From the NCBI GenBank assembly GCA_964349465.1, contig CAYGGC010000001.1, positions 33,428-97,427 of the forward strand: a stretch of 64,000 nt of DNA, in the 5' to 3' direction. This DNA comes from an uncultured Gammaproteobacteria bacterium. Lineage in GTDB: Bacteria; Patescibacteriota; Patescibacteriia; SBBC01; CAIJZX01. Positions within the stretch are counted from its first letter, which is position 1. The number at the start of each line of letters is the position of its first letter. The notes beneath the pieces are model-generated. The model was not told the origin of the DNA, made no database searches, and saw only the letters and a list, made by a program, of their open reading frames with translations. A program made the translations under genes and the position numbers. Below, piece after piece: positions 25,601-31,383 of the stretch.

Positions 25601-27124
25601 CCGGTGGTTATGGCTGGTTCTGCTTCAACCGTTATAGGTGGGAATAATACCTTAGGCAACCTGACGGTCAGTGGCGGAACCACGACCTTGACGACGTCTG
25701 ACCTCACGACGTCGCTCAATGTGCAACTCCTAAGCAGTGGTACTCTCTCCATCGCTTCGGGCCGAACCTTCACCGCGCAAGGCAATGTGCTTTTGAACTC
25801 GGGGACAACAATCTCGGGCGCTGGGACACTGACGATGACCTCAACATCATCGGGCCCAGGAACGGCCGGGACGTTATCCTCGGTTGCGCGTTATGATGCG
25901 ACGGGTGGAAATATCGCGAACACAACCCTTGATGCGCGAACCTATGGGGGAGCGGTGGAGTTCTATAGCAATAGTGGGAGCGCACGGACTGTGACCGCGC
26001 CGAGCTCCGGTACGTTTATATTCTCCTCAAGCGTTACGACTTCAAGTGTCGGTGGCAATACCTTGACGGTCGACCTTGACGATACAACTGATCCGACGGT
26101 GACGATTGCGGGGGCGACGACCCTTGGCGCGAATACGACAATGCAAGCACCAAGCAGTACCACTCTGACGCTGAACGGGAACTATACCAACAATGGAACA
26201 TTTACTGACAACAGTGGCACGGTCGCGTTGGCCGGATCTGCTCAACAAACCCTCTCGGGGACGATGACTGGATCGTCGGACTTCAATAACTTGACGGTCA
26301 CAAACGCTTCAGGATCAAATCCGGAATCAAGTCCATCGGTCATTTTCGGTGCGGCTGCCAGCGCGGCCGGGACGTTTACCGCGACAACAGCGGATACGAA
26401 ACTTCGTTTCACCTCGAGTGCGACCTACACCTTCTTGAATGTGACAATGAATGGGCAGGCCATCGGCACACGCGTCTACTTACGGAGCTCAAGCACGGGT
26501 ACACAATGGAACCTTGTCTCGACCGGAACCCAAACTGTTTCCAATACAGACGTGCGTGATTCGAACGCGTGCGGTGGAGATACGATCGATGCGATCGATG
26601 GGACGAGTCAAGACTCAACCCATAACGATTGCTGGAACATCAATACGATTAGTATGTCGATCTCGGATACGACGATTGGCTTCGGTGCCTGCACCTCGGG
26701 ATCCGCTAGATATGCGACAGGGGATACAAATGGGGCGTCGAGCGATAGTGCGGATGCACATACTATTTCCGTCGCGACAAACGCCCGAGGTGGGTATAGC
26801 CTGACGGTCACCGGCTCAACGCTGACCGGTACCGGTGGAACGATTACGGCGCTCGGCGGTTCGGCCACGGCTTCAAGTCCCGGATCCGAACAATTCGGAG
26901 CGCGGGCGATAAAGAATAGCGGCACGGGAACGGTGAGTAGCCCGTTCGACACCGCGAACTGGGCGTTTACCCCAAGCACGACGCAAACGGTCGCCAGCTA
27001 TACCGGAGCATCATCGAGTTACTCTGCCGCCTACGGTCTGCGCTATATTTGTAACGTGGCTGGAACAACGGAAGCGGGGAGTTATTCGACTGATCTGACG
27101 TACATTCTTACGGCGACGTTCTAG
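10607..27124 (+). CDS. Giant (~5,500 aa) repeat-rich cell-surface protein: N-terminal cytoplasmic excisionase/MerR-type HTH, single TM/signal anchor, then a huge extracellular region with beta-helix-like Thr/Gly/Asn-rich repeats, a LamG domain, a DNRLRE-like domain and a C-terminal ~150-aa domain shared with the next gene (ORF track starts at TTG 10562)
   Basis: Uninterrupted 16.5-kb ORF; HTH LTIRQTAKILHVHPNTLRAWDRKGKLRAVRFG; hydrophobic APALGLFLLLLGSGWA; multiple internal repeats. Confidence 0.85.
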   Translation: MEKRKLQRFFYRFYPRRLQRRSFVVSASRRPVFSDLPKFLTIRQTAKILHVHPNTLRAWDRKGKLRAVRFGSRHDRRYLRDEVAAAWALTYGRTPIARPNFALPPLRRYAPALGLFLLLLGSGWAEFSSAATEPATVEVYAQPRECSGWVQASAATKIELSPKSDFNKFSIANSAQIRSQDLGFTTDAGAATATFDRVDPELTCAHFSLDEKLTGSLSGTTVRIFLGTNGQLNSTDALKVSWSLDGKDWALVATESVKREEQQPIVIDLPAVTDSQRLADLRVRLQPDFSLNGDSSVFVDGVRVEARLHPPEPTPSVQSAPARQKELDRLTAFSKASYESDDQPEVTVPKQQTKRRFLFGKKVETWKLKDVSLIDSKSESMSVDYRSVDQVSGDDTNARLRLRMSSQHPGKYILRITMISPTGTIEVVEKTFLWGVLAVNITRANPAVGQTQLVGIGVLDDTGRTICDASVQATVTDPKGRKTQFETRNGSLKTNPTCVDKGVTNEADYHFALTLEQAGVYRVSVTADTTVGERKIEENFITEATQPFTVERVDYPTRIFPPAEYPVRIAITPKKDYLGLVTEEIPTDFTITNIFPAGTLRTVGTTVKKQFIEWLVEWKAGQTYYLTYTFDAPDISPALFLTGPLTIGGSFIAAPDFQESRQWQIASDAISANGNFYYGDTTNAGKIKMTPFTTASTYGTEVNVNLGPAVNIMHVVAKTAPTREEKMIGYISGNPTTDGRLDIVTGTTGFEAAGDYTLRWTATSVTDGQDCDAAPTAGTCTQAFDLGYEQLSGRGLVVYAGDADASGAPDADKIYYALWDGSAWSPDTTPNTPSATNELSLPGTGATPRWIRVVPAGDNLADERSNRAVVLVADSDDDLYAYYWDGSTFDAGTELFTTLGNCASARCFDGNWQGNNTFIVNYTNSGVSEVRYQKYSVGSGWGGDTQAFTTAATPSFLFSAADPTSSRIMIANFTSGNDTRGAVWRADDATDGWTVCASGGCPDTAAEGIGGPQAGIAFERFSGEALHVFNDAANGTAQGNIYMTYTPTSTWSATSTTGITPSDDHQFTKLIPSPNSDDIMVIAGDVDCDVDATMWGGSAPSTVGSNFELLLSSSNGSCANSVPIAGMMTTGGIDFAWNIYSPWGLNWRWTGDTTTANPGSYLANENVTPTGVADATTVRLRYGFVNRGTTAQALSAEGRKKLQYTSDDPETLTATWADVDADDGAGIWRYNNCTAGTDDSAIPSAVLTAPSGGSNIVGDFIEGSGNITQTHSAGPAVAIENDYCIESNGATGSTTYYFRAFDNEQQTPVWREQDNDGANDCATAACTYPSLSTAAQTITVSGTCDAYDQTTNCADLGDIRVAVGGTLQSQLDTQGGGGPGGTDGTFSITSVPKPSANAIVTVFVDGAPATASNRAVAITKYDGSGSISGLQLFKEHLTIGSADTAATLTSAELGSYDNSVSSSDADVFHDYNGSTTFTVDSTGFSTQEELYIGSGWTYRPDSGGGDTLTTTSIEIAAGTLTLDSNTFNVGGSFDNDGVLTASTSTTNFTAASGTNTIDADGTAAEAFYNVVFNDSAGSATYQLTTVFDADNNVTITGGNFDANSNAVTVGGSWDNDDTFTSGTQTTTFNAPSGTKTIDADGTGADSFSSIVFNDAAGSAVFQLTTAMDVNVDLTITGGNLQAQGNQINIGGVFDNDDTYTHGNNLIVFDATSGTKSMDTDGTGTEALYDVTFNDGGGSATFEFSQALDIDHNVTITGGTFSRTGSFTVGGSWDNDDYFFGDGVNNITFDATSGTVAIDARGNYVEFSQADFSMRVVLNDGGGSAVFQMTTDAIISNGLAITGGELQAQGHYIDLWDGIFDNDDTFTHGNGTIYLEASSGTNIHDFDGTGTDALYNLQIDDGGGTATHQLSTLLDVDNNLTIVGGTLNANSQAITVGGNWDNDDTFTSGTATVTFDASDTDNTIDADGTGTDTFSSVTFAGGDGSGTWTLTTAMDVTVAMNVDTSDILSIDSGMTLSLNRTTTAQSLTLNGTIQGAGRLTYQLPTSVATFPTTGTISSILRFDATTDVQTVPERTYGGNVELYEATGGCASRTFTLATTAGQTLNFSGDLSLIEGNCGGVPVAGNTNNPIVNITGNLTQNASTNSSSITGGTQTWTVSGSIDLQDGAASSSITNLTLNGTTKTIAVVGSLDVTGTLTIDGSYTVTASATSNLYVSGTLIVNTGKTLAINSGQSFLCGGTVTLTGTAQISGAGTLTVASSSLGTGGTLSSIVRFDVSGGDVTMPNRTYGGAVEVFMDDSATAAHKVIMAGGTQTLQSSLYVIDNSNTYNLTLDASNGGANNPTVTVTGDVDFTGTGTGSEALITGTGTWTVGGNIDFTGGTFTATSGNTMEMTGASKTITTAGSALHHLTVSAGSVTASGATTLNGNMLISGGSFAGPAAAFNVAGNWTNSGGTYVEGTGTVTLNGATSTTLNSGCSNTDSCANNNFYNLEINKTDAADGNDNVTLDTNGINVANTLTITDGELVQGALNVRAEGATAVSIVSTGKWSNISTGDIKLGGTATNNGTWLLDVGGNSDGCGGGDTDDITLTTTDGATQRSLAGSGTFTWYDVSVSYMNATVAITVNGGTNVSNNAGSFTFNACGITITGTIYSNSGGEASAVYNCSSDNLTIHTSISGGTSSNGTCTAVGGTFSIVTNGPPSSAGDPIVLWIDSVETPKATTVTLAADTSSNISGLNLIQDRLILTHENGGPMTNAKLSTGDNGNAGIRYAVSGSNLTVESGMELHVASTKAYTPGGMVTTTASASPSSAAGDVHVVGTMTMGTYALSVGGDLTNGGTLSLSSGQTTTMTATGSGFTITAGGASFQGLTFNGASGGWTNSGALTVSEIWTGTAGGFTQANSTTITVNGTAFSLANGFTWTKATSGANLILENATNLDFTDSNTTKQDLGAVQIGASPGVTTLKSDMSATTVTIPTSDTLNTKGWDITASGAFDCQGTCTLNLTDTAPNNETDGTIIDVGGDFTMSSSATFTSYSNSTVYLNSTSGTDSNRTFTTGGKAYNNVELKNAGATNDDITISGTPFDINGTLTLTDGQVRLDTNDPNVTLNGNLSINANATVTKADNGTATWTFDGATSPTTWTDGTGSGGQDIGLAIISGTTKTVNLASSAKATKLTIAASQVFGLGSSGYTFTLTGSGFTPNHPLQNSGTLNEGTNSTVKFTGTSDSDIDPEAFHHLEISPSGAGSPTFTFDVAETANPTTVAGNMTIGDSTNAVSVQLGTFSELTVDGNITISTNGTLLGSTDVGLNLGGSYTNNGTFTDAGNGINFTATTTGKTIAGNLTGSNKFFAIFSGSGGEWTNTSAAEFTDLAMLDGTLAGSNNITVNGGTTGTAGIINRSGGTFTLNPASTSSFGPSTASTSWTFNNLTFTTTAGSQITTTVTTCSTCTFTVNGAMSVDAKVTLTIASSSWTVVGSLTTTTTGAIAYTGTPTVTVQGTALGGGTGNIYFYNLTKSGAGTTTWSGTGVNAVRNTLTLSAGTLVAPSNTLYVNTFTESGGAFTHNSGTVMFNTEANQTLTASSTFNNVTFNDGLVGWWNLDETAGTSAADSSGYGHTGTHTNTPTISTDVPTVNFANSRSLDFNGTTQYVDLGTAPFINTEFADKITLSAWAKPANLTNSGTIIGKSFDTNHSSPFYHWNLFQTGSQICFRVGSTNICSATSTLTTSWQLITGVYDGSNMYLYRNGTQVATTAKTGNVGNGLQSARIAGRDTPGAGLSEYFAGKIDDVRIYRRALSSGEVTTLSNGDEWGLTGATWTLGADLTLAGTLGIKTGTLDTHVTNNRSITVGSSWLNDGGVFTARAGTVTMNAGSSGKTITAGQQSFYLLNLNNASGGWTMSEVYTTPTITVSNNMVITAGTLTSLAGTLSVGGDFNNAGTFTHNSGTVTMTGSSKNITGGSATTFNNLTISGTTGVDAAGSDATVASQLTVDNTKTLTINSGRTVTLSGTSGTTLSLVGTITGAGRLTYKNNATAFPATGTISSILRMDATAGDQSIGGTNSATRTFGGLVEIYSNSAGTAKTVTLENGTARTFAFSGALNIIADNTQDLTLTADTATDPTVTVTGDIDFTGTGGGSEILVAGSGTWTVSGNVDFTAGTYTSTSGNKLVMNGTSKTLTSASQALYDFEVSAGTVAISDATTISRDMILSGGTLTGPSGLTVSVGRDWTKTSGSYTANTGTVALTTSTSATISGSNTFYNLSVTGIGAAKTVLTVAATTQTVTGTWTVTGASGQLVTINAATAAQWNVNPTAASLDYVDISYTNNQGSTICATHSQSTSGNNTAITVTAGAGCGITISGVIRQSSNETSAYDCSANTLTIGAVVNGGTSATADCTLNTGVYSINAANAPSAAGDPIVVYINNGETPIGTTVSLSVDTSSNITNLDIIDGRLVTTYENAGPMTNAKMATGDNGNAGIRYSVATGNLTVESGIELHVKSGKTFTPGGTVTTTATGTTAGPAGDLHIAGTLTMGTNALTVGGDYNNAGTFNKTNTQTTTLAATGTGFTITPGTGDMNNLTVSGDAGGNGTYTLSGANLTVDGILNVNTGDTLAIDTSRTLTNSGSTDASISGTISGAGTLRFVNGSGGPGTGGTISVLTLFDASSGDIASTTVDARTYSATVELYASSSSDRTITLPSSTITLSGSSSHLHMKADGAGDLTVDGAANNPTVTVGGDIALNGTGGGVEAWVAGDNTWTSSGNVDTAQGFYAPHMAVLNPTWDNYGYEQDDYADDGFGGCDFLGTSSNAGTSSSTSLTQGYTTGASTSCSPSGTDFRYRSYLKFNLSGISNTNTVTRADLQIHASAAGGAFTVYRSNNDAPDGVAAGSLYAVGLSTGLNSVYSYATGVNMIPMALDGMANIQSSLGNAAYAVVLDGSSSLSTLTSTDSATNKPKLRVGYVTTATTPTLVMNGTGTLSGGTQSGFYNLTMSGTNTFNASHEANIYNTLTLSGSITTNSAPVVMAGSASTVIGGNNTLGNLTVSGGTTTLTTSDLTTSLNVQLLSSGTLSIASGRTFTAQGNVLLNSGTTISGAGTLTMTSTSSGPGTAGTLSSVARYDATGGNIANTTLDARTYGGAVEFYSNSGSARTVTAPSSGTFIFSSSVTTSSVGGNTLTVDLDDTTDPTVTIAGATTLGANTTMQAPSSTTLTLNGNYTNNGTFTDNSGTVALAGSAQQTLSGTMTGSSDFNNLTVTNASGSNPESSPSVIFGAAASAAGTFTATTADTKLRFTSSATYTFLNVTMNGQAIGTRVYLRSSSTGTQWNLVSTGTQTVSNTDVRDSNACGGDTIDAIDGTSQDSTHNDCWNINTISMSISDTTIGFGACTSGSARYATGDTNGASSDSADAHTISVATNARGGYSLTVTGSTLTGTGGTITALGGSATASSPGSEQFGARAIKNSGTGTVSSPFDTANWAFTPSTTQTVASYTGASSSYSAAYGLRYICNVAGTTEAGSYSTDLTYILTATF
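10730..10880 (+). other. Excisionase/MerR-type helix-turn-helix DNA-binding domain at N-terminus of the giant protein (cytoplasmic side of the TM segment)
   Basis: Motif …LTIRQTAKILHVHPNTLRAWDRKGKLRAVRFGSRHDRRYLRDEV… matches the HTH_17/excisionase family pattern. Confidence 0.55.
18515..19010 (+). repeat. Intragenic duplicated segment, copy 1 (~165 aa, NACGITITGTIYSNSGG…TTTASAS); ~65% aa identity to copy 2 at 23607-24100; GC ~52%
   Basis: Direct comparison of translated segments; third-position G/C rich. Confidence 0.6.
21330..21985 (+). other. LamG (concanavalin A-like lectin) domain within giant protein
   Basis: LVGWWNLDETAGTSAADSSGYGHTGT…LDFNGTTQYVDLG…ITLSAWAKP…WQLITGVYDGSNMYLYRNG…FAGKIDDVRIYRRALSSGEV matches the LamG family pattern. 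Confidence 0.65.
23607..24100 (+). repeat. Intragenic duplicated segment, copy 2 (GAGCGITISGVIRQSSNE…TTTATGT); GC ~45%, A/T-rich third positions, unlike copy 1
   Basis: Same amino-acid block encoded with different codon preference. Confidence 0.6.
24900..25440 (+). other. DNRLRE-like carbohydrate-binding-type domain within giant protein
   Basis: …FRYRSYLKFNLSGISNTNTVTRADLQIHASAAGG…KPKLRVGYV pattern. Confidence 0.4.
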
Positions 27125-27164
27125 GAGTAATGGTCAAGAGGGAGGGCTACGGAGTGACCCCCTT

Positions 27165-27193
27165 TTGACGTTTCCTAAAAATTGTGCTATACT
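27165..27193 (+). promoter_or_regulatory. Promoter TTGACG-17-TATACT upstream of the 360-aa secreted protein gene
   Basis: Good -35/-10 with 17-bp spacer, 70 bp upstream of ATG 27265. Confidence 0.45.
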
Positions 27194-27264
27194 ACATACA
27201 TATCAACATATCCCCTAAAGGCTGGGGATTTAAAAACCCATATTTTTAGCCAAAAAACACACTC

Positions 27265-28347
27265 ATGATACACCTTATGAACAAGTCCCAACGACGCGCA
27301 ATTTCGATAATTGCGATGTTTGCAGTTCTGTTTGGTGCAAATTTCGGCTTTGTAGGCATCGCGAACGCCGCAACGGTGACGAGCTTTAAAGACGTCCAAA
27401 CGACGCTCGTTGATTCGGCTAATTCAAACCACACCATTTCATGGGTTTCTCCGAGTGGGGTAGCAAACGCGTCGACAATTGTCCTCACTTTTGCGACAGG
27501 CTTCAGTTTAACTGGGGTGATTGAAAACGATATCGACATTGCCGGTTCAACGGAGGGAGAACTAACGACCGCAGCTGATTGTACCGGCGCTGAAAATGCT
27601 GGCGTCGTTCCATCAGGACAAACAATCACGATTACACTGTGTACTGGTGATGGTGGAGACTTTACAAACTCGGAGACCATTACGGTCGAAATCGGGACGA
27701 ACGCAACCGCGTCGGGGACTGGCGCGAACCAAATTAATAACCAAACGGAAGCGCAAAACAACTCTGATCCAAAAATTACCTTGACCTCGGGTGCCAGCGA
27801 TACTGGAAGCTTGTCGGTCGAAGTGATTGCCGATGATAGCGTGAACGTAACGGCGACGGTTGATCCTTCGATTACCTTTTCTATTTCTGACACAACGATT
27901 GGTTTTGGAACGTTGACCACTGGTGCGGCTCGATACGCCAACGGCGCAGCGAGTGGCTCAGCCTCGGTTACCCCCGCTCATACGTTAACAGCTGGTACGA
28001 ATGCGGCGTCTGGGGTGGCGGTTACGTACAATGGTGCGTTGTTAACGAGTGCCAGCAATAACATTGATGCGGCCTCGATCACGGGCGATGCGGATGGTAC
28101 ACCAGGGACCGAACAGTTTGCAATTAGTTTTGATGATAACGGTTCGGCCTTCACAATGGTCAGCGCCTACGATGAAGCTTCGAATAACTCGACTTTCGTC
28201 GCCAGCACAACGACAACCATCTTCTCCACGACCGCGCCGGTTGCTTCCACGGCCGTTGATGCACACTATCTCAGCAACATTGCCGCAAACACTCCGGCTG
28301 GTAGCTATTCAACAGATATTACCTATATTGCGACCGGTACGTTCTAA
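27265..28347 (+). CDS. Secreted 360-aa protein; signal peptide; C-terminal ~150 aa homologous to the C-terminus of the giant protein (…DTTIGFG…ARYA…AGSYSTDITYIATGTF), possibly WxL-like
   Basis: N-terminal signal (AMFAVLFGANFGFVGIANA); clear alignment of C-terminal domains of the two proteins. Confidence 0.8.
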   Translation: MIHLMNKSQRRAISIIAMFAVLFGANFGFVGIANAATVTSFKDVQTTLVDSANSNHTISWVSPSGVANASTIVLTFATGFSLTGVIENDIDIAGSTEGELTTAADCTGAENAGVVPSGQTITITLCTGDGGDFTNSETITVEIGTNATASGTGANQINNQTEAQNNSDPKITLTSGASDTGSLSVEVIADDSVNVTATVDPSITFSISDTTIGFGTLTTGAARYANGAASGSASVTPAHTLTAGTNAASGVAVTYNGALLTSASNNIDAASITGDADGTPGTEQFAISFDDNGSAFTMVSAYDEASNNSTFVASTTTTIFSTTAPVASTAVDAHYLSNIAANTPAGSYSTDITYIATGTF

Positions 28348-28386
28348 TCGGTCGATCTTTCATCCGACATTTTAACGCCAAACGCC

Positions 28387-29391
28387 ATGCGCCAACGCAC
28401 TGCTCTCCTCGTCTCGCTCAGTGTGTTCCTCGCCGGCGTTTTTGGTGTTGGTTCGGCTCAGGCGCTAACGCTTGTTCCCCCGAGTCTTGAATACACATCA
28501 GCGAAGGGTCAGGTTATTGAGTCACGCGTCAAATTATTGAACAATGAAAATCGGACGCTGGTTTTGACACCCTCCACCGCCAATTTCGGCGCGAAAGATG
28601 AAACTGGCGAACCGGATTTTAAGTTTGACGCGCCTTCAGCTGATCTCTCAGCTTGGATCCAGATTGATAAAGCGCAATTAACACTTGATCCGGGTGAAAC
28701 AAAAGAAGTCCCGTTTACGATCGCCGTTCCGACCGACGCTGAACCAGGTGGTCATTACGCTGGGATTTTTTTCGCCAGCGGTGGCACGGCCACTGGTGGT
28801 GGACAAATCGGGGTTCAGTCGAAGCTCGGGACCCTTGTCATTTTGACGGTTGACGGGAATATTCGTGAACAAGCGGCCATTAGCTCGGTTAAACTTGACG
28901 GTCCTTCAAGCTTGAGCCGTCCTCCAGTCAACCTGAATGTACGAATTAAGAACAGCGGTAACGTTCATGTGAAACCAAAAGGCAAGGTCACTATTTTAAA
29001 TATGTTTGGTGGGGAAGTTGAAACGATTACCCTCCCGCAGGACAAGAATGTGTTGCCGGGCCAAACACGTCTCTTTGAAGTGTCTTGGGCGAAACGTTCG
29101 ACCGAGGCGAAGAAAGGAAATTTCTTCCAAGAAATTGGCGCTGAATTCTCTAACTTCGCACTTGGAACATACACGGCAAACGTTGAAGCAACCTATGGGC
29201 AAAACGATAAAACGATGATTGGGAAGGTCCAATTCGTGATTATCCCATGGCACGCTCTATTAGTTCTGTTCTTGGGCTTAGTGCTGATCATCATCGTCTT
29301 TACGGTTGGTCTCAAATCCTACAATCAAATGGTGATTCGCAAGGCGCAGGCCGCGATGACCAAATCGACGCCGCCGGAAATAAAGAAATAA
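28387..29391 (+). CDS. Cell-surface protein with signal peptide and C-terminal TM anchor + short basic tail; architecture resembles DUF916/DUF3324 (CscA-like) proteins of WxL loci
   Basis: Signal peptide, beta-rich ectodomain, C-terminal helix IIPWHALLVLFLGLVLIIIVFTVGL then KSYNQMVIRKAQ…. Confidence 0.75.
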   Translation: MRQRTALLVSLSVFLAGVFGVGSAQALTLVPPSLEYTSAKGQVIESRVKLLNNENRTLVLTPSTANFGAKDETGEPDFKFDAPSADLSAWIQIDKAQLTLDPGETKEVPFTIAVPTDAEPGGHYAGIFFASGGTATGGGQIGVQSKLGTLVILTVDGNIREQAAISSVKLDGPSSLSRPPVNLNVRIKNSGNVHVKPKGKVTILNMFGGEVETITLPQDKNVLPGQTRLFEVSWAKRSTEAKKGNFFQEIGAEFSNFALGTYTANVEATYGQNDKTMIGKVQFVIIPWHALLVLFLGLVLIIIVFTVGLKSYNQMVIRKAQAAMTKSTPPEIKK

Positions 29392-29397
29392 ATATCG

Positions 29398-30252
29398 ATG
29401 GGGTGGAGATCGTTAACGATCCGTGGGGCGCTGATCTTAATCAGCGTTTTTACGATTTTTTCCTGGCCGAGTGACGCCAAGGCATTTGATGTTACAGTGA
29501 CGGCGACGGTTGTTGATGAAAGTTCGACGCCCCCGGCAAATCCGGTTGTTGAGTTTAAGGGCGTGGCAGCGCCACGAGGTGTGGTGTCGGTGGCGCGAAA
29601 TGGTGTAGTGATTATGACAAGTCCAACCGGCGATTCGGCAGCGTTTGATATTGTAATCGCCGATCAACCAGTAGGTCAGCAGATCTACGATATTACGGCG
29701 GTTGACAATGATGGGCGGTCGTTAACGCCGATGACCTTTGCACTAAATCTCAGCCTTGGTTCAACGACGATTATTCTCGGAATTTTTCTCGGGCCATCCA
29801 TCACGATTGATAAACCGGAAGTGAAGTTGGGCGAAACCGTAACCGTGGCCGGTGCGACGTTGCCGAACAGTACGGTGACCGTGACGGTGAATTCAGTCCA
29901 GGTCAAAAACTATAGTTTTTTGGCCGACGCGAATGGTCGGTGGCAGAAAGATATCAATACCGCCGATATTGGAGTTGGTAGTCATACCGCGAAGGCGCAA
30001 GCGACGATGTCTGGAACTGGCGTATCGGAATTTAGTTCGAGCGTCGCGTTCGCGGTCAACCCCCTCGGACAATGCGATGCAAAAAAAAGTTCCGATTTGA
30101 ACTGTGACGGACGGGTGAACTTAACGGACTTTAGTATCTTGTTATTCTTCTGGCAGCAGCGAAATCCGGCGAATGCTCGGGCTGACGTTAACGCCGATAG
30201 CCGGGTGACCATCGTTGATTTTAGTATCATGTTGTTCCAATGGACCGGATAA
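29398..30252 (+). CDS. Secreted Ig-like protein with C-terminal type-I dockerin module (two Ca-binding repeats)
   Basis: DLNCDGRVNLTDFSILLFFW and DVNADSRVTIVDFSIMLFQW = canonical DxNxDGxVNxxD dockerin repeats. Confidence 0.8.
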   Translation: MGWRSLTIRGALILISVFTIFSWPSDAKAFDVTVTATVVDESSTPPANPVVEFKGVAAPRGVVSVARNGVVIMTSPTGDSAAFDIVIADQPVGQQIYDITAVDNDGRSLTPMTFALNLSLGSTTIILGIFLGPSITIDKPEVKLGETVTVAGATLPNSTVTVTVNSVQVKNYSFLADANGRWQKDINTADIGVGSHTAKAQATMSGTGVSEFSSSVAFAVNPLGQCDAKKSSDLNCDGRVNLTDFSILLFFWQQRNPANARADVNADSRVTIVDFSIMLFQWTG

Positions 30253-31358
30253 TTCTTCGTGGAGCTATACTCGGACTGGCGCTGTTTGTGCTTCAGGTTC
30301 CAGCTGTTCGTGCAGTTGGACCAGCGGTTCGGTTAGTTGGACCATCTGGACAAGTTGAAGCTGGAACTATCTGGCCAGTTGAGGTCCGAGTTGATACCGC
30401 CGGCCTGAATATCAACGCAGCAGAGATTCATTTGTCGGTCATCGGGGTGGGCACGGAAATTACTCGCTTGGGTCGCGAATCATCGATTTTAACGCTCTGG
30501 CCAGAAGTCCCGAGTATCAATGCCGCGACAGCCAAATTTGTTGGTGGGCGACCAGGCGGGGTCGTCGCCGTCGACGCGCTCGTCGGAACGATGTTTGTTG
30601 TTGCTCGCCAGGCCGGTCCGGTGACGATCAACCTGAACTCGGTCACGAGTGGATTGTACCGGCACGATGGTAACGGTACGCGCGTCCAAACTGAGCCTGC
30701 TAGCCTTGAGGTGCAAGTGGCGGACGATCTGGTGCCGGCGTTAGCAATTACCTCGACGACCCATCCAACCGAATCGACCTGGGGCCGAGTTGGGGAAATT
30801 GATGTCGCGTGGGAAGCGTTGCCAGACGAGCAGTTTAGTTACCGACTTTCTAATGATATTGGGGTAGTTCCAGACGATGACATCGATAGCGGTCTCGTTC
30901 CGTTGCGGTTTGATGGACTCGACGATGGGGTCTGGTACTTCGTGATCAAACGCCGCTTACCTGGAGAACCATGGTCATCGGTTTTTCAACGACGCTTCCT
31001 ACTTGATCGAACTCCGCCGGAACCGTTCACTGTTCGTCAACCAGCTTCAAAAACAGTTGCCGGCCGCGCCCTCCTGACTTGGACCGCCTTGGACCGGACC
31101 GCTGGCGTGACGGCCTATCAGGCTACGGTCAACGGACGCGTGGTTGGGGAAGTTGTTAGTCCGTTGGCCCTTCATCCAGATTGGCGTGGTCAGACAATTC
31201 AGATCGTGGCGATCGATGCGGCCGGAAATCAGCGCCTGAGCGAGCCGTGGTTGTACGGGAAACGCCAAGTGGCTATGCCGTGGTGGGCTTGGACCGTGAT
31301 TGGTGTAGTTTTTCTGGGACTCGTCTTCGAGGTCGGTCGCGTAGTCCGACGTCGTTAG
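30240..31358 (+). CDS. Cohesin-domain protein paralog 1: signal peptide, cohesin-like N-domain, Fn3-like middle domain, C-terminal TM anchor
   Basis: Cohesin-like N-domain (…LVGPSGQVEAGTIWPVEVRVDTAGLNINAAEIHLSV…); DRTPPEPFTV; C-terminal TM WWAWTVIGVVFLGLVF. Confidence 0.75.
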   Translation: MDRIILRGAILGLALFVLQVPAVRAVGPAVRLVGPSGQVEAGTIWPVEVRVDTAGLNINAAEIHLSVIGVGTEITRLGRESSILTLWPEVPSINAATAKFVGGRPGGVVAVDALVGTMFVVARQAGPVTINLNSVTSGLYRHDGNGTRVQTEPASLEVQVADDLVPALAITSTTHPTESTWGRVGEIDVAWEALPDEQFSYRLSNDIGVVPDDDIDSGLVPLRFDGLDDGVWYFVIKRRLPGEPWSSVFQRRFLLDRTPPEPFTVRQPASKTVAGRALLTWTALDRTAGVTAYQATVNGRVVGEVVSPLALHPDWRGQTIQIVAIDAAGNQRLSEPWLYGKRQVAMPWWAWTVIGVVFLGLVFEVGRVVRRR

Positions 31359-31383
31359 CTATTTTGTGGTATACTCATAGCCT

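Larger units (their letters stand above)
16720..25990 (+). repeat. At least five dispersed copies of a long intragenic protein repeat (anchor motif …PGTxGTISSIxRFDAT…xRTYGGxVExY…) at ~16720, 17360, 22640, 24470 and 25830
   Basis: Recurrent motif blocks read directly from the translation of the giant ORF. Confidence 0.6.

Noticed and set aside
10700-27100. Dozens of 60-230-aa ORFs on the minus strand, and out-of-frame on the plus strand, inside the giant gene
   Set aside because: Shadow ORFs expected in a long GC-rich, repeat-rich coding region. None has a recognisable product, and all are fully overlapped by the 16.5-kb ORF.
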